A stretch of DNA of 64,000 nucleotides from Gammaproteobacteria bacterium (GCA_965237805.1 OZ250153.1:1408001-1472000); one strand, 5' to 3'; shown: positions 36,376 through 46,659, counted from the stretch's first letter. Translations and numbers: made by a program. The notes: generated from the sequence alone by a model not told the origin.

Positions 36376-38241
36376 ATGGCGGGCGCTCAGCTGCCGTTTC
36401 GCGTGGCGCTGGCCGGTTGCCCGAACAGCGGCAAAACTTCGATTTTCAACCTGCTCAGTGGCGGCCAGCAGCGCGTCGCCAACTACCCCGGGGTCACGGT
36501 GCAATGCCAGCGCGGTGCCATGCGTTTGACGGATGGCCACGAGCAGCTGGCGCTGGAGTTGTTGGATCTGCCCGGCTGCTACAGTCTGTCATCGACCACC
36601 GCCGAACAGCGCTTGGCCACCGAATTGCTGCGCGGCGAAGTGCTTGGAGAGGCACCGCTGGACTTGGTGCTATGTGTGGTCGACGCCTGCCAGTTCGAGC
36701 AGCAGTTGCCGCTGCTGCTGGATCTGAAACGACATGGCTTGCCCTTGCTGGTAGTCTTGAATCAGGCTGATGCCGCGCGCCGTCTCGGCGTGGATTTGGA
36801 TGCCGATCGTCTCGCCGAGATGCTCGGGGCACCAGTGGTGTTCAGTGTGGCGGTGCGGCGGGCCGGTGTCGCCGCGCTGCGTGCTGCACTGCGTCGGGCA
36901 GCGCGCCGCCAAGAGCCGATTGCCAGCGATCAGATCCCCGCATCCGGGGCTGTCGGAGCGCCTGCTGTCACGCCCTCGGCCGAGGAGGTGATCGCCGCAG
37001 TGCTGCGCGCCCGCGGTGCCGAGGAGGATGTTTGGACACGGCGTTTGGATCATTTTTTACTACACCCGCTACTGGGGCCAATCGCGCTGGTCGCGACGCT
37101 GTTCTTGGTTTTTCAGGCGGTTTTTTCTTGGTCTGGGCCACCGTCAGACTTCTTGGCCGGGGCGGTCGAGTCGCTGTCCGTAGCCGCCAGTGCTTGGCTG
37201 CCGCAGGGTCTTCCCGGCCGCGGGCTATTGCTGGAAGGCATCTTGCCAGGCTTGGGTGTGGTGCTGGAGTTCCTGCCACCGATCCTCATCTTAAACCTGA
37301 TGCTGCTATTGCTTGAGGGCTCGGGCTACATCTCCCGCATCGCTTTTTTTGTCGATGAAGTGATGGCATCAATGGGGCTCAGCGGTCATGCGGTGTTCCC
37401 CTTTCTGGCTGGTTTCGCCTGTGCCATTCCGGCGCTGATGTCGGTGCGCTCCATCCCCAGCGAGCGAGTGCGCCACGCCAGCATTTTGGCGCTACCCTTG
37501 GTCCCCTGCTCAGCACGCTTGCCGGTTTACACCTTGGTGATCGCGGCGGTGATCCCGGCGCGGGAGCTGGCTTGGGGCATTGAGTTGCAGGGTTTGGTGA
37601 TGTTCGTGCTGTACTTGGCTGGCTTCGGTGCCAGCTTGGCAGCGGCAGCGGTGATCGGCTATTTGGATCGTGGCCGCTCGGTGTTGCGCGCACCGATCGA
37701 GCTGCCAGCCTTTCGCTGGCCGGTGCCGCGCAATGTGCTGATCGGCTTGTGGGTGCGCACCGCGCACTTCCTCCGCCGCGCCGGTACGGTGATTATCGCC
37801 ACGGTGGCGGTGCTATGGTTCATGACCCAGCTGCCGGTGTCCGGGCCGGGCATCGAGGGCAGTCTGCTCGGGGTTATCGGCAGTTTGCTGCATCCACTCT
37901 TCGCCCCGCTGGGCTTCAACTGGGAGATGACCGTGGCGCTGTTACCGGGGATGGTCGCCCGCGAGGTGGCGGTGTCCTCGCTGGCGACGATCTATGCCGT
38001 GCAGGGGGGCGAGGAGGGTGTGCGCTTGGCTGTGTTGTTGGCGGAGCAGTGGTCCTTGGCCACCGGAGTGGCCTTCGCGGTCTGGTATATCTTCGCCCCG
38101 CAGTGCATGGCCACTTTGGGGACTATCCGCGCCGAGACCGGTGGCTGGACATACCCCGCCATCGCCTTTGTCTACCTGATCACGCTGGCTTGGCTGGCCA
38201 GTTTCATCGTCTACCGCACACTCAGCGCGTGGGGCTTGTAG
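36376..38241 (+). CDS. feoB: Ferrous iron transport protein B
   Basis: GCPNSGKTS, VANYPGVTV, DLPGCYSL, EGSGYISR, GFACAIP, PCSARLPVY, AREV, PQC. Confidence 0.96.
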   Translation: MAGAQLPFRVALAGCPNSGKTSIFNLLSGGQQRVANYPGVTVQCQRGAMRLTDGHEQLALELLDLPGCYSLSSTTAEQRLATELLRGEVLGEAPLDLVLCVVDACQFEQQLPLLLDLKRHGLPLLVVLNQADAARRLGVDLDADRLAEMLGAPVVFSVAVRRAGVAALRAALRRAARRQEPIASDQIPASGAVGAPAVTPSAEEVIAAVLRARGAEEDVWTRRLDHFLLHPLLGPIALVATLFLVFQAVFSWSGPPSDFLAGAVESLSVAASAWLPQGLPGRGLLLEGILPGLGVVLEFLPPILILNLMLLLLEGSGYISRIAFFVDEVMASMGLSGHAVFPFLAGFACAIPALMSVRSIPSERVRHASILALPLVPCSARLPVYTLVIAAVIPARELAWGIELQGLVMFVLYLAGFGASLAAAAVIGYLDRGRSVLRAPIELPAFRWPVPRNVLIGLWVRTAHFLRRAGTVIIATVAVLWFMTQLPVSGPGIEGSLLGVIGSLLHPLFAPLGFNWEMTVALLPGMVAREVAVSSLATIYAVQGGEEGVRLAVLLAEQWSLATGVAFAVWYIFAPQCMATLGTIRAETGGWTYPAIAFVYLITLAWLASFIVYRTLSAWGL

Positions 38242-38271
38242 CAACGCTGCGTACGGCCGGGAGAGGGCGGG

Positions 38272-39254
38272 TTAGGCCCGCGCTGGGAGGCCGCAGAACT
38301 CGACGATCAGCCGCCCCAGCTCGTCCCAGGGCGAGATGCTGTGATCGCCTTGGATGGCGCGGTCGACTCGGTGAGCGCGTCGCAGCAGGCGGCTGAGGCG
38401 AGCGGGTGGCAGGCGTTTTAGGCAGCGCTGCACCAGCGGTTGACGGCGGTTCCAGACGCGCTCCAGCGCGGCGCTGTCATCTTGTACCGCACTCAGCGTC
38501 TCCAGCTCGCGGCTGAGCGCCCACAGCACCCGCTGCGGTTCGGTGCGGGTGGCGCGCAGCCGTGCCATCAGGGCGAGGCTACGCTTGGCATCGCCGGCCA
38601 GTGCCGCGTCGGCGAGTTCGAAGATATCGGTTTGGGCGTTGTCGGCGATGGCCAGCGCCACCGTCTCGGTTTCAATCTGTCCGCCGCTATCGATCAGGCG
38701 CAGCTGCTCCACCGCCTGTGCTGCCGCTGCCAGATTACCCTCGGTGCGGCTGAGCAGTAATTGCAACGCATCATCGCTGAGGCGCAGCTCGGTGGCCTGC
38801 AGCCGCTGCTGTAGCCAGCGCTCCATTTCCGCTGGCTTGAGCGACCACAGGCGCAGCACGGCACCGACGCGGTCCACCGCCTTGTACCAAGCGCTGCGGG
38901 TGGTGGCTTGCTCCAGTTTGGGGCACAGCACCAGCAGCACATCGCCCTCGGGTGGAGCTTGCAGCCAGCCTTGGATGCGGCTGACGGCAGTGATATCAGG
39001 TTTTTTCTCGAAGCGCAGCTCGATGAGGCGTCGCGATGCGAACAGGCCGAGGTTGCCAGCTGCGGTATCGAAGCTGCCCCATTCGAAGTGGCGGTCGATG
39101 TGGAACAGCTGGTGCTCGCAACCAGCGGCCTTGCAGTGCTCACGGATGGCATCGCCAGCTTCCTGCGCGAGCAGCGGCTCATCGCCGCTGATCAGGTAGC
39201 TTGGGAGCAGCTGTTTTTCAAGCTGGCGGGGGAGTCTTCGGGGCGCAGATTCAT
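38272..39254 (-). CDS. holA: DNA polymerase III delta subunit, with apparent 1-bp frameshift at codon 7
   Basis: ATG 39254 gives MNLRPE; shifting frame near 39235 gives LPRQLEKQLLPSYLISGDEPLL...LGLFASRRLIELR, continuous with ORF 38272-38940 (TEGNLAAAAQ, DIFELADAAL). Confidence 0.9.
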
Positions 39255-39287
39255 TAGGGATGGGGAGAGGATATAGTCGCTCCGCAC

Positions 39288-39728
39288 TTAATTACTTCCA
39301 ACTTTTCCTTCCTGTCTTCCCATGACCACTGCACCGTTTGGAGTCGCACAAAACCATCTGGTTTTTACCGCATCAGGGCGTGCAGCCCTCAATTTTTCTT
39401 TTATTCTTTCATCGCTCTCTTCCAATTGAGATTTCGCCTTGCTAATATCCCGGTCAGATTTTTTTAATTCCACCAGATCAATGTACCAGTTTCCTGTTCC
39501 TCGTCGTCTTTTGTGTACTACCACGCGATCACATTTTTTGCTTCTTTGAAATCCATGGTGGCCCTCTCCGTGTCTATAGTAGTTCTCATAATGGATAATG
39601 GCATGTTCAGATTCTGGCCCAGAAATCTTGAGTGAACATGGGCATCCGTCTGCTGCATCTGCAGTCAGTTCCTTCTTATGCCATTGCTGCCAGCTAGGCT
39701 CCACAACATCCCACCATGGTCTAGTCAT
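39288..39728 (-). CDS. Hypothetical protein with PD-(D/E)XK nuclease-like motif
   Basis: KKCDRVVV...YIDLVELKK...AKSQL; AT-rich; directly downstream of the ATPase. Confidence 0.65.
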   Translation of the reverse strand: MTRPWWDVVEPSWQQWHKKELTADAADGCPCSLKISGPESEHAIIHYENYYRHGEGHHGFQRSKKCDRVVVHKRRRGTGNWYIDLVELKKSDRDISKAKSQLEESDERIKEKLRAARPDAVKTRWFCATPNGAVVMGRQEGKVGSN

Positions 39729-39740
39729 TGATGGCTTCCT

Positions 39741-41165
39741 CTAGTCGGCGTTTCTCTTGATACATATTGTGCCATTGCCGTTCGTGATCGGAATCAGAAT
39801 GCCATCTTTTCGGATTTCATCTGTTCCGATTTTACGGACAACAGAGCCTTTTCTAGATCCCCTTGTTTGCAAGTCAAAATGATATACTCCAATGTCTTCG
39901 GCGCGAAGCTTAATGTCCGTTGCAGGGTGATCTAGCGCCATAATATTTCTTTTCTTTCTCTTGCTCAAAGATGCAGCTCTAGCAAAGGTCGATAACTGAT
40001 CTAAAATAACAGGGCTATGCGTGGTGATAATGACAGGTATGCCTTCTGCCGCCATTCTGACCAGTAATTCTACAATGCGTCTTTGCGCCGTTGGGTGCAG
40101 ATGAGATTCTGGCTCTTCTAATATAAATATAGATTGCTTCCCAATTGATCCATCATCATTAACGAGTGCTATTGGGGCTAATTCAGTCACGGCCGATCCG
40201 GCCAACTTCAGCGGAAGCCTTAGGCCGAGGCTTGTTTGATATTCAATCTCCACTGGATTACTTTTATTTTTTACAAAGGATATTTTTCCGTCGGATATTC
40301 CCTGCAATGACGTCGATATCATGCCATGTAATTTTTTATAACCGCCCATCTCATTGGCCGTCAAGTCCTTTGAGAGCAAACGCATATTTATTTGATACGA
40401 TAAATCCACTTTTGGATTGATGATCCGCACCAGGAAATCTGCTATCGATCCTTTTGGGGACACTATTTCATTGGTCCCGAAAATAGCCCTTGGTGCATTT
40501 TTCACTATAGATGCTGCAATAGTTTCCCATGATTGCATCAGCCCGCCTCTTTCGGCTGGAAGATAAACCGGGTCGAACTGACATTCTCCTGCGTATGAAG
40601 AGACAAGTCCTTCTGATGCGAATATCATGTAGGTGCTCCTCTCGGACGATTTAATTTTCCATGCAACTTTTGCAATTTCTGATATGCCTGTCCTCCATTT
40701 TCCGTTGTCGGTTATTTTTGCGCTCGGATTTTCCACATTGGGTTCATTGATGGGGCGTAGCGCCCATTGGTCACACGAGACTTCTAGTAGTCTATCTCTT
40801 TTAGGTCGTCCCGTGGGGGTGTTGGTGATGATTTGATCGACAGGCACCCCAAAGCATCGTTGCAGCTCATCCGCCATTTCCGTGCTGAGCTCCGTGATCT
40901 CCCGTTCTATAAGATTATTTATTTTCTGCAGTATCCTTGACTTCTGGCTATTTAGGGGGGGGGTGTTTAGGCGCATTGATTCTACGAGGTAGTGCCGCAT
41001 CCACCGGGACTGTTCTGCTTTGTTGGATATGGCCTTGGCCGCAGCATATATAGCTGTTGCCATAAAGGTTTTCCCTGAATTACTTGGGCCAGCAAAAACT
41101 GTTAAGGGGTGTATTTTGACGTGACCTTCAGAAATCGGCCCGATATTTTTAACTGTAATTTCCAT
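39741..41165 (-). CDS. ABC-type/AAA_15-AAA_21 family ATPase
   Basis: VKNIGPI, Walker A GPSNSGKT, YLPAERGG, signature-like AGSAV, Walker B/D-loop ILEEPESHLHP, H-loop ITTHSP. Confidence 0.92.
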   Translation of the reverse strand: MEITVKNIGPISEGHVKIHPLTVFAGPSNSGKTFMATAIYAAAKAISNKAEQSRWMRHYLVESMRLNTPPLNSQKSRILQKINNLIEREITELSTEMADELQRCFGVPVDQIITNTPTGRPKRDRLLEVSCDQWALRPINEPNVENPSAKITDNGKWRTGISEIAKVAWKIKSSERSTYMIFASEGLVSSYAGECQFDPVYLPAERGGLMQSWETIAASIVKNAPRAIFGTNEIVSPKGSIADFLVRIINPKVDLSYQINMRLLSKDLTANEMGGYKKLHGMISTSLQGISDGKISFVKNKSNPVEIEYQTSLGLRLPLKLAGSAVTELAPIALVNDDGSIGKQSIFILEEPESHLHPTAQRRIVELLVRMAAEGIPVIITTHSPVILDQLSTFARAASLSKRKKRNIMALDHPATDIKLRAEDIGVYHFDLQTRGSRKGSVVRKIGTDEIRKDGILIPITNGNGTICIKRNAD

Positions 41166-41215
41166 TTCTTGGCCTCATTTTGTCGTGATTTAATATCTGT
41201 CTGTATCCCCACGCA

Positions 41216-41758
41216 CTATTCTATGCCATCCACCGCCCAGCGGGCATCGGCTGCGGCTCGTGCTGCCAGCTCGGCGCGCAGCTCGGCGCGCAGCTGCCGC
41301 TCCTGCGCGGCGTCGCTGTCCGGGCGCAGTAGCACTTGGCGGCGCTGGGCACGGTATTGGCGGATGATGGCTGGCTCGCTGTTATCACCATCAAGATGGC
41401 CAATCCGCACTCGCAATTTCCCACGCAGCAACACTTCGGCCTCCCGGTTCTGGCGGCTGATGCGCAACACGCGGCGGTCCTCGCTGAATTCCAAGACTTC
41501 CAAGCGCCATTGAGCGAGGGGCGGGGCGCTCGCAGCCACTGGCACCGCTTCGGCGTCTGGCGCTACTAAGCCGTAGCCGCGCATGGCCTGAGTCAATTGT
41601 TGACGCATCGCGCCTCGCTCTATGCCATCTAGTGCCACTGTGGCCACCACTGCTGGCGCGGCGCAGCCAGCGCTGAGCAGCACCGCCACCAGATAAACAC
41701 AACGCACCGCGCTGCGCTTAATTCGTCTCTGCCATTGCATCAATATCGCTTCCATCAC
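41216..41758 (-). CDS. lptE: LPS assembly lipoprotein LptE (divergent)
   Basis: Lipobox LSAG-C; size; C-terminal QERQLRAELRAELA helix; position directly after leuS. Confidence 0.7.
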   Translation of the reverse strand: MMEAILMQWQRRIKRSAVRCVYLVAVLLSAGCAAPAVVATVALDGIERGAMRQQLTQAMRGYGLVAPDAEAVPVAASAPPLAQWRLEVLEFSEDRRVLRISRQNREAEVLLRGKLRVRIGHLDGDNSEPAIIRQYRAQRRQVLLRPDSDAAQERQLRAELRAELAARAAADARWAVDGIE

Positions 41759-41759
41759 C

Positions 41760-44189
41760 TCAGCCTAACACCACATTGACCAGTCGTCCCGGCACCACCA
41801 CCACCCGTCGCGGTTCGCGTCCTGCCACGAAGCGTTGCACATTCTCGTGCGCGAGTGCCGCCTCGCGCAGCGCTGCTTCGTCGATGTCGGTGGCGACGCT
41901 GATGCGGGCGCGCAGCTTGCCGTTGACCTGCACGATAATTTCCTGTGTCTTGGCGGCCAATTCCTCACCCAGCTCTGGCCACGTCGCCTCGTGCACCCAG
42001 CCCGCGCCGCCGAGCCGCTGCCACAGCGCTTGGCAGATGTGCGGTGTCATCGGTGCCAGCAGCAACACGGCGCGCTCCAGCGCGTGGCCGCGCACGGCGC
42101 GTTCGGCCTCGCTGTCGGTCGGGGCGCGGGCGATGGCATTGCACAGCTCCATCACCGCCGCCGCGCCGACATTCAGCGAGCGGCGCTCGGCATAGGCATC
42201 GCCGACCCGCATCACGGCGGCGCGGGTGGCGCGGTACAGCTGCTGCACTGTGGTGGGCAGCTCTGCCACCGGTGGCAGCGGCGGTGTCGCACCGCCTGTC
42301 ACTTGGCTGTCCACCAGTCGCCACAGGCGCTTGAGGAAGCGGTGTGGCCCCTCGACAGCGGCGTCCGACCACTCCAAAGCCTGCTCTGGCGGTGCTGCGA
42401 ACAGGATGTACAAGCGCACGGTGTCGGCCCCGTAGCGGTCGATCAGACCCTGTGGATCCACCGTGTTGCCCTTGGATTTGGACATCTTCACCCCATCCTT
42501 GAGCACCATGCCCTGGCTCAGCAGTCGCGTGAAGGGCTCGTCGCCCGGCACCAAGCCCTCATCGCGCAGTACGCGGTGGAAGAAGCGCGCATAGAGCAGG
42601 TGCAAGACGGCGTGTTCGATGCCGCCCACATATTGATCCACCGGTAGCCAGTGGTGGGCGCGCTGGTCCAGCATCGCCGTGTCTTGATCCGGGCAGCTGA
42701 AGCGAGCCTGATACCAGGAGGATGCGACAAAGGTGTCCAGCGTGTCGGTATCGCGCCGTGCCTCGCCGCCGCAGCGCGGGCAGTTCACAGCATAAAAATC
42801 AGCCTGCGATTTGAGTGGTGCGGCAGAGCTTGTGGGCAGTAGCACCGGCAGCTGATCGTCCGGCACCGGCACCGCCCCGCAGGCCGCACAGTGAATGATC
42901 GGCACCGGCGTGCCCCAGTAGCGTTGCCGCGAGACACCCCAGTCGCGCAGGCGGTAGTTTACACGCCGCTCGCCCGCCTCGCGCTGTTCCAGCTCGGTGG
43001 CTATGCGCTCGCGTGCGGCGGCCGAGCTGAGACCGTCGTAATCGCCGCTGTTCACCAGCACGCCGTCCTCGGTGTAGGCACTGTCGGCGGCTACCTCGCT
43101 GTCGTCTGTCGGGGCCACCACATGTCGCACTTCCAAGCCGTAGCTGCGGGCGAAGTCGAGGTCGCGTTCATCGTGTGCCGGCACGCTCATGATGGCGCCG
43201 GTGCCGTAAGACATCAGCACGAAATTTGCCGCCCACACCGGCAGCAGTTCGCCGCTCAGCGGATGGATGGCGCGCAAGCCGGTGTCCACGCCTTCTTTTT
43301 TGCGTGCGGCCAAGGCGGCTTCGGCCACGGTGGATCGACGCTCACGCTCGATGAAAGCGGCCAGATCGGCCCGTTCTGTGGCGGCTTGGGCCAGCGCCGG
43401 ATGCCCCGGTGCCACCGCTAGGAAGGTGGCACCGGGCAGGGTGTCGGCACGGGTGGTGAAAGTGCGCAGCTCGGCCTCGCCGTCCTCCAGTGCAAAGCGA
43501 ATTTCCAAACCCTCGGAGCGCCCGATCCAGTTGCGCTGCATGGTTTTGACCGCTTCCGGCCAGCCCGTCAGCTGGTCGATCCCGCTGAGCAGTTCTTCGG
43601 CGTAGTCGGTGATGCGCAGAAACCACTGTTGCACGAGTCGGCGCTCGACCGGTGCCCCGGAGCGCCAACCGCGCCCGTCGACCACCTGCTCGTTGGCCAA
43701 CACTGTCTGATCCACCGGATCCCAGTTGAGCTCGGCCTCGCGGTGATAGACCAAACCGCGTTCGAGCAGGCGCAGGAAGAACCACTGCTCCCAGCGGTAG
43801 TACGCCGCATCGCAGGTGGCGAATTCCCGCGACCAGTCGTAGGCGTAGCCCAGTCGGCGCAGCTGTGTGCGCATGTTGTCGATGTTGTGGCGGGTCCATT
43901 CTGCCGGTGGCACGCCGCGTTGTAGTGAGGCGTTCTCCGCGGGCAGACCGAAGGCATCCCAGCCCATCGGCTGCAACACATTGCGCCCGCGCATGCGCTC
44001 GTAGCGGGCGATGGCATCGCAAATGCTGTAGTTGCGCACATGGCCCATATGCAGCTCGCCGCTGGGGTAGGGGAACATGGCCAAGCAGTAAAACTTCTCG
44101 CTACTGTGATCGTCGGCGGCAAAGGCCTGCGCCTCTTCCCAAGCGCGTTGTATGCGCAGCTCCAGTGCTGCCGGCTCGTACTCCGTCAC
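41760..44189 (-). CDS. leuS: Leucine--tRNA ligase
   Basis: MFPYPSGELHMGH, MGWDAFGLPAENA, RDWGVSRQRYWG, GGIEHA, KMSKS, QVNGKLR; GTGA overlap with lnt stop. Confidence 0.98.
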   Translation of the reverse strand: MTEYEPAALELRIQRAWEEAQAFAADDHSSEKFYCLAMFPYPSGELHMGHVRNYSICDAIARYERMRGRNVLQPMGWDAFGLPAENASLQRGVPPAEWTRHNIDNMRTQLRRLGYAYDWSREFATCDAAYYRWEQWFFLRLLERGLVYHREAELNWDPVDQTVLANEQVVDGRGWRSGAPVERRLVQQWFLRITDYAEELLSGIDQLTGWPEAVKTMQRNWIGRSEGLEIRFALEDGEAELRTFTTRADTLPGATFLAVAPGHPALAQAATERADLAAFIERERRSTVAEAALAARKKEGVDTGLRAIHPLSGELLPVWAANFVLMSYGTGAIMSVPAHDERDLDFARSYGLEVRHVVAPTDDSEVAADSAYTEDGVLVNSGDYDGLSSAAARERIATELEQREAGERRVNYRLRDWGVSRQRYWGTPVPIIHCAACGAVPVPDDQLPVLLPTSSAAPLKSQADFYAVNCPRCGGEARRDTDTLDTFVASSWYQARFSCPDQDTAMLDQRAHHWLPVDQYVGGIEHAVLHLLYARFFHRVLRDEGLVPGDEPFTRLLSQGMVLKDGVKMSKSKGNTVDPQGLIDRYGADTVRLYILFAAPPEQALEWSDAAVEGPHRFLKRLWRLVDSQVTGGATPPLPPVAELPTTVQQLYRATRAAVMRVGDAYAERRSLNVGAAAVMELCNAIARAPTDSEAERAVRGHALERAVLLLAPMTPHICQALWQRLGGAGWVHEATWPELGEELAAKTQEIIVQVNGKLRARISVATDIDEAALREAALAHENVQRFVAGREPRRVVVVPGRLVNVVLG

Positions 44190-45742
44190 GTCTCTGCCCT
44201 TGCTTTTTTCTCTGTGAGTTTCCGCCCAGCCCTTACCCCGCCAGCAGTGCCAGTGGCGAGCAACACCGCGCACAATAGTAGGATCGGCAGCGACCCGAAT
44301 CGGGAGAATGGGGTCAGCCCCTCACGCACGGCGAGCTTGCCGCTGACCACTTCGCTTTGGAACAGTCCACCGCGACGGACTAAGCGCCCGCGATGATCGA
44401 CCAGTGCCGAGATGCCACTATTGGTGCTGCGCAGTAGTGCGCGGCTATTTTCCAAGGCGCGCATTTGCGCCATCTGCATGTGTTGGTGCGGCATCAGGCT
44501 GCGCCCGAACCAAGCGTCCTCGCTGACGGTGAGCAAGAATTCCGCGCCCCGTCCCGGCGCTTCGCGCACCAAGTCCGGGAAGACAATTTCATAGCAGATA
44601 TAGGGGGCGATGACATGGTCTGCGGTCTGTAGCAATGGTTGTCTCTCAGCACCTGCGCTGTAGCCGACAACGCTCAGATCCATGAATGGCAATAGGCGGT
44701 TGAGCCAGTCCGCCAGCGGCCAGTACTCGCCGTAGGGCACGAGATGGCGTTTATGGTAGGAGCCGCTGTTGCTGCCCAGCGCCCATATGGAGTTGTAGAA
44801 GTTGAAATCCCGGTGCCGTTCGGCGATGCCGCTGAACAAGGTTGCGCTTGAGGTGGTGGCTAGGGTGCTACTCTCGTGCAGCATGTCGCGGCTGTCCGGG
44901 TACCAGTTCGGCAGGGCGGTTTCCGGCCACACCACCAGCTCATACTCGCTCCACAGCGGCGCGCTGAGCTCGCGGTAGCGGGCGATGATCTGCTCTCGTT
45001 GGGCTTTTCGCCACTTGAATTCGATCGGGATATTTGCCTGCACCAGCGCCGCTGTCATCGCGGTCTTCGGACTCGGTCTCGTCCATTCCACCGTGCGGAG
45101 TAGCGTCCCGCCGCCCCACAGCAGCGCCAGCACTATCAGCGCGGTAGCGCGGGGGCCGCCACGCTTGAGGCATAGCAGTGCGGCACCGCTCAGCGCGACG
45201 GCAAAACTCACCGCCAACACACCTCCCACTGGAGCCCACCCCGCCAGCGGTGTGTCCAAGTGGCCGTAGCCGACCAGCAGCCACGGAAAGCCTGTGAACA
45301 GCCAGCAACGCATCCATTCACCCAGTACCCACACCGCCGGGAATGCCCACAGCAACCCGCGTGCGTCGTCGGCGAGTGGTAGCCTGCGCCACAGCCACCA
45401 AGGTAGTGCGCAACAGAACAGCGCCCAACCAGCACAGAATATGGTGGTGATGGTGGCGGCGAGCAACGGCGATTCCACGCCGTGGGTGGCAACGCTGACA
45501 TAGATCCACGATGCCCCGACGCCGAACTGGGCGAAGCCGTAGCAGAAGCCGCGCACGGCAGCGCTCAGCGGCGGCAAGCTGCCGAGTAGCCATGCCAGTA
45601 CTGCGGCGCTGGCGATACCCAATGGCCACCAGTTGAGCGGAGCCAGCGACAGTGGCACTAGGGCACCAGCCAGCGCGGCAGCTACATTCCCAGCGATGCC
45701 CGGTGCCGCCAGTCGTCGCCACGACGGGCACCACGTCGTCAC
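44186..45742 (-). CDS. lnt: Apolipoprotein N-acyltransferase
   Basis: FTGFPW, VWPETA, YHKRHLVPYGEY, ICYEIVF, MRALE, STNSGIS. Confidence 0.96.
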   Translation of the reverse strand: MTTWCPSWRRLAAPGIAGNVAAALAGALVPLSLAPLNWWPLGIASAAVLAWLLGSLPPLSAAVRGFCYGFAQFGVGASWIYVSVATHGVESPLLAATITTIFCAGWALFCCALPWWLWRRLPLADDARGLLWAFPAVWVLGEWMRCWLFTGFPWLLVGYGHLDTPLAGWAPVGGVLAVSFAVALSGAALLCLKRGGPRATALIVLALLWGGGTLLRTVEWTRPSPKTAMTAALVQANIPIEFKWRKAQREQIIARYRELSAPLWSEYELVVWPETALPNWYPDSRDMLHESSTLATTSSATLFSGIAERHRDFNFYNSIWALGSNSGSYHKRHLVPYGEYWPLADWLNRLLPFMDLSVVGYSAGAERQPLLQTADHVIAPYICYEIVFPDLVREAPGRGAEFLLTVSEDAWFGRSLMPHQHMQMAQMRALENSRALLRSTNSGISALVDHRGRLVRRGGLFQSEVVSGKLAVREGLTPFSRFGSLPILLLCAVLLATGTAGGVRAGRKLTEKKARAET

Positions 45743-46659
45743 GACTCGTTCTTGCGCTCCTGCTTGGTGGCGTATTCGGATTCCGGGTCGATGGTGCCGA
45801 CCCAGCGTATACTCAGCTGCGTGGCATGTCGGCTATCGGCCGCCAGCACAGTGATGTAGAAATCCTGCAGCTGCAGCTCCTCGCCGACTGCGGGCACATG
45901 CCCCAAGGCGTTTGTGACGATGCCGCCGATGGTGTCGAAATCGCCGTTGACGAACACGGCGGCAGCACCGTAGTAGTGGCGACTGTATTCGTTGAAGTCC
46001 TCTACTTTGGTCAAGGCATCGATCGACAAACGGTCCTCCAGCTGTTGGATGCGCATGCTGTCCTCTGGGCTCTCGTCGTGCTCGTCGAGGATGTCGCCGA
46101 TGATCTCCTCGAGGGCATCTTCCAGTGTCACCACGCCGGCGGTGCCGCCGTATTCATCCATGACCACAGCCATGTGGTAGCGCTGGATGCGGAACTCGGC
46201 CAGTAGGGAGTGCAGGCGTTTGCTCTCCGGCACCAGCAGGGGTGCACGCAACAGTGTGCCGCGCAGATCCGCCAGTTTCTGCGATTCGATGTCTCCCTCG
46301 TGCTTGGTGGTCAATAGCGATAACAGATCCTTGACCAGCAGGATGCCGATGATCTGGTCGGTGCTTGCACCCACCACTGGGTAACGCGAGTGGCGCGATG
46401 TGCCGACCACGCTCAGCGCTTCGCGCAGCGACAGATTGCCGCTCAACACCTGCATTTGTGTCCGTGGCACCATCACATCACGCACTTGGCGCTGTTGGGA
46501 TTCGATGGCCCGCCGAGCAATGGCCAAGACATCAAAACTGATCAAGCCGCGCTCCCGCGCTCGGCGTAGGATGCGCAATAGATCGTTCAGCGAGCGCGGC
46601 GTGCCGCCCAGCCAGCTGAGTACAGAGAAGCCATAGCGGCGGGGTGGTGCTTGCTCCAT
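45739..46659 (-). CDS. corC: Magnesium/cobalt efflux CBS-domain protein CorC (YbeX)
   Basis: VRDVMVPR, HSRYPV, VPESK, VMDEYGGTAGVVTLED, FDTIGG. Confidence 0.92.
   Translation of the reverse strand: MEQAPPRRYGFSVLSWLGGTPRSLNDLLRILRRARERGLISFDVLAIARRAIESQQRQVRDVMVPRTQMQVLSGNLSLREALSVVGTSRHSRYPVVGASTDQIIGILLVKDLLSLLTTKHEGDIESQKLADLRGTLLRAPLLVPESKRLHSLLAEFRIQRYHMAVVMDEYGGTAGVVTLEDALEEIIGDILDEHDESPEDSMRIQQLEDRLSIDALTKVEDFNEYSRHYYGAAAVFVNGDFDTIGGIVTNALGHVPAVGEELQLQDFYITVLAADSRHATQLSIRWVGTIDPESEYATKQERKNES

Larger units (their letters stand above)
39283..41217. mobile_element. AT-rich two-gene insertion between lptE and holA
   Basis: Abrupt visible fall in GC; interrupts the normally contiguous leuS-lptE-holA; CGCACT at both edges (39283-39288, 41212-41217); no integrase or transposase seen. 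Confidence 0.6.
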
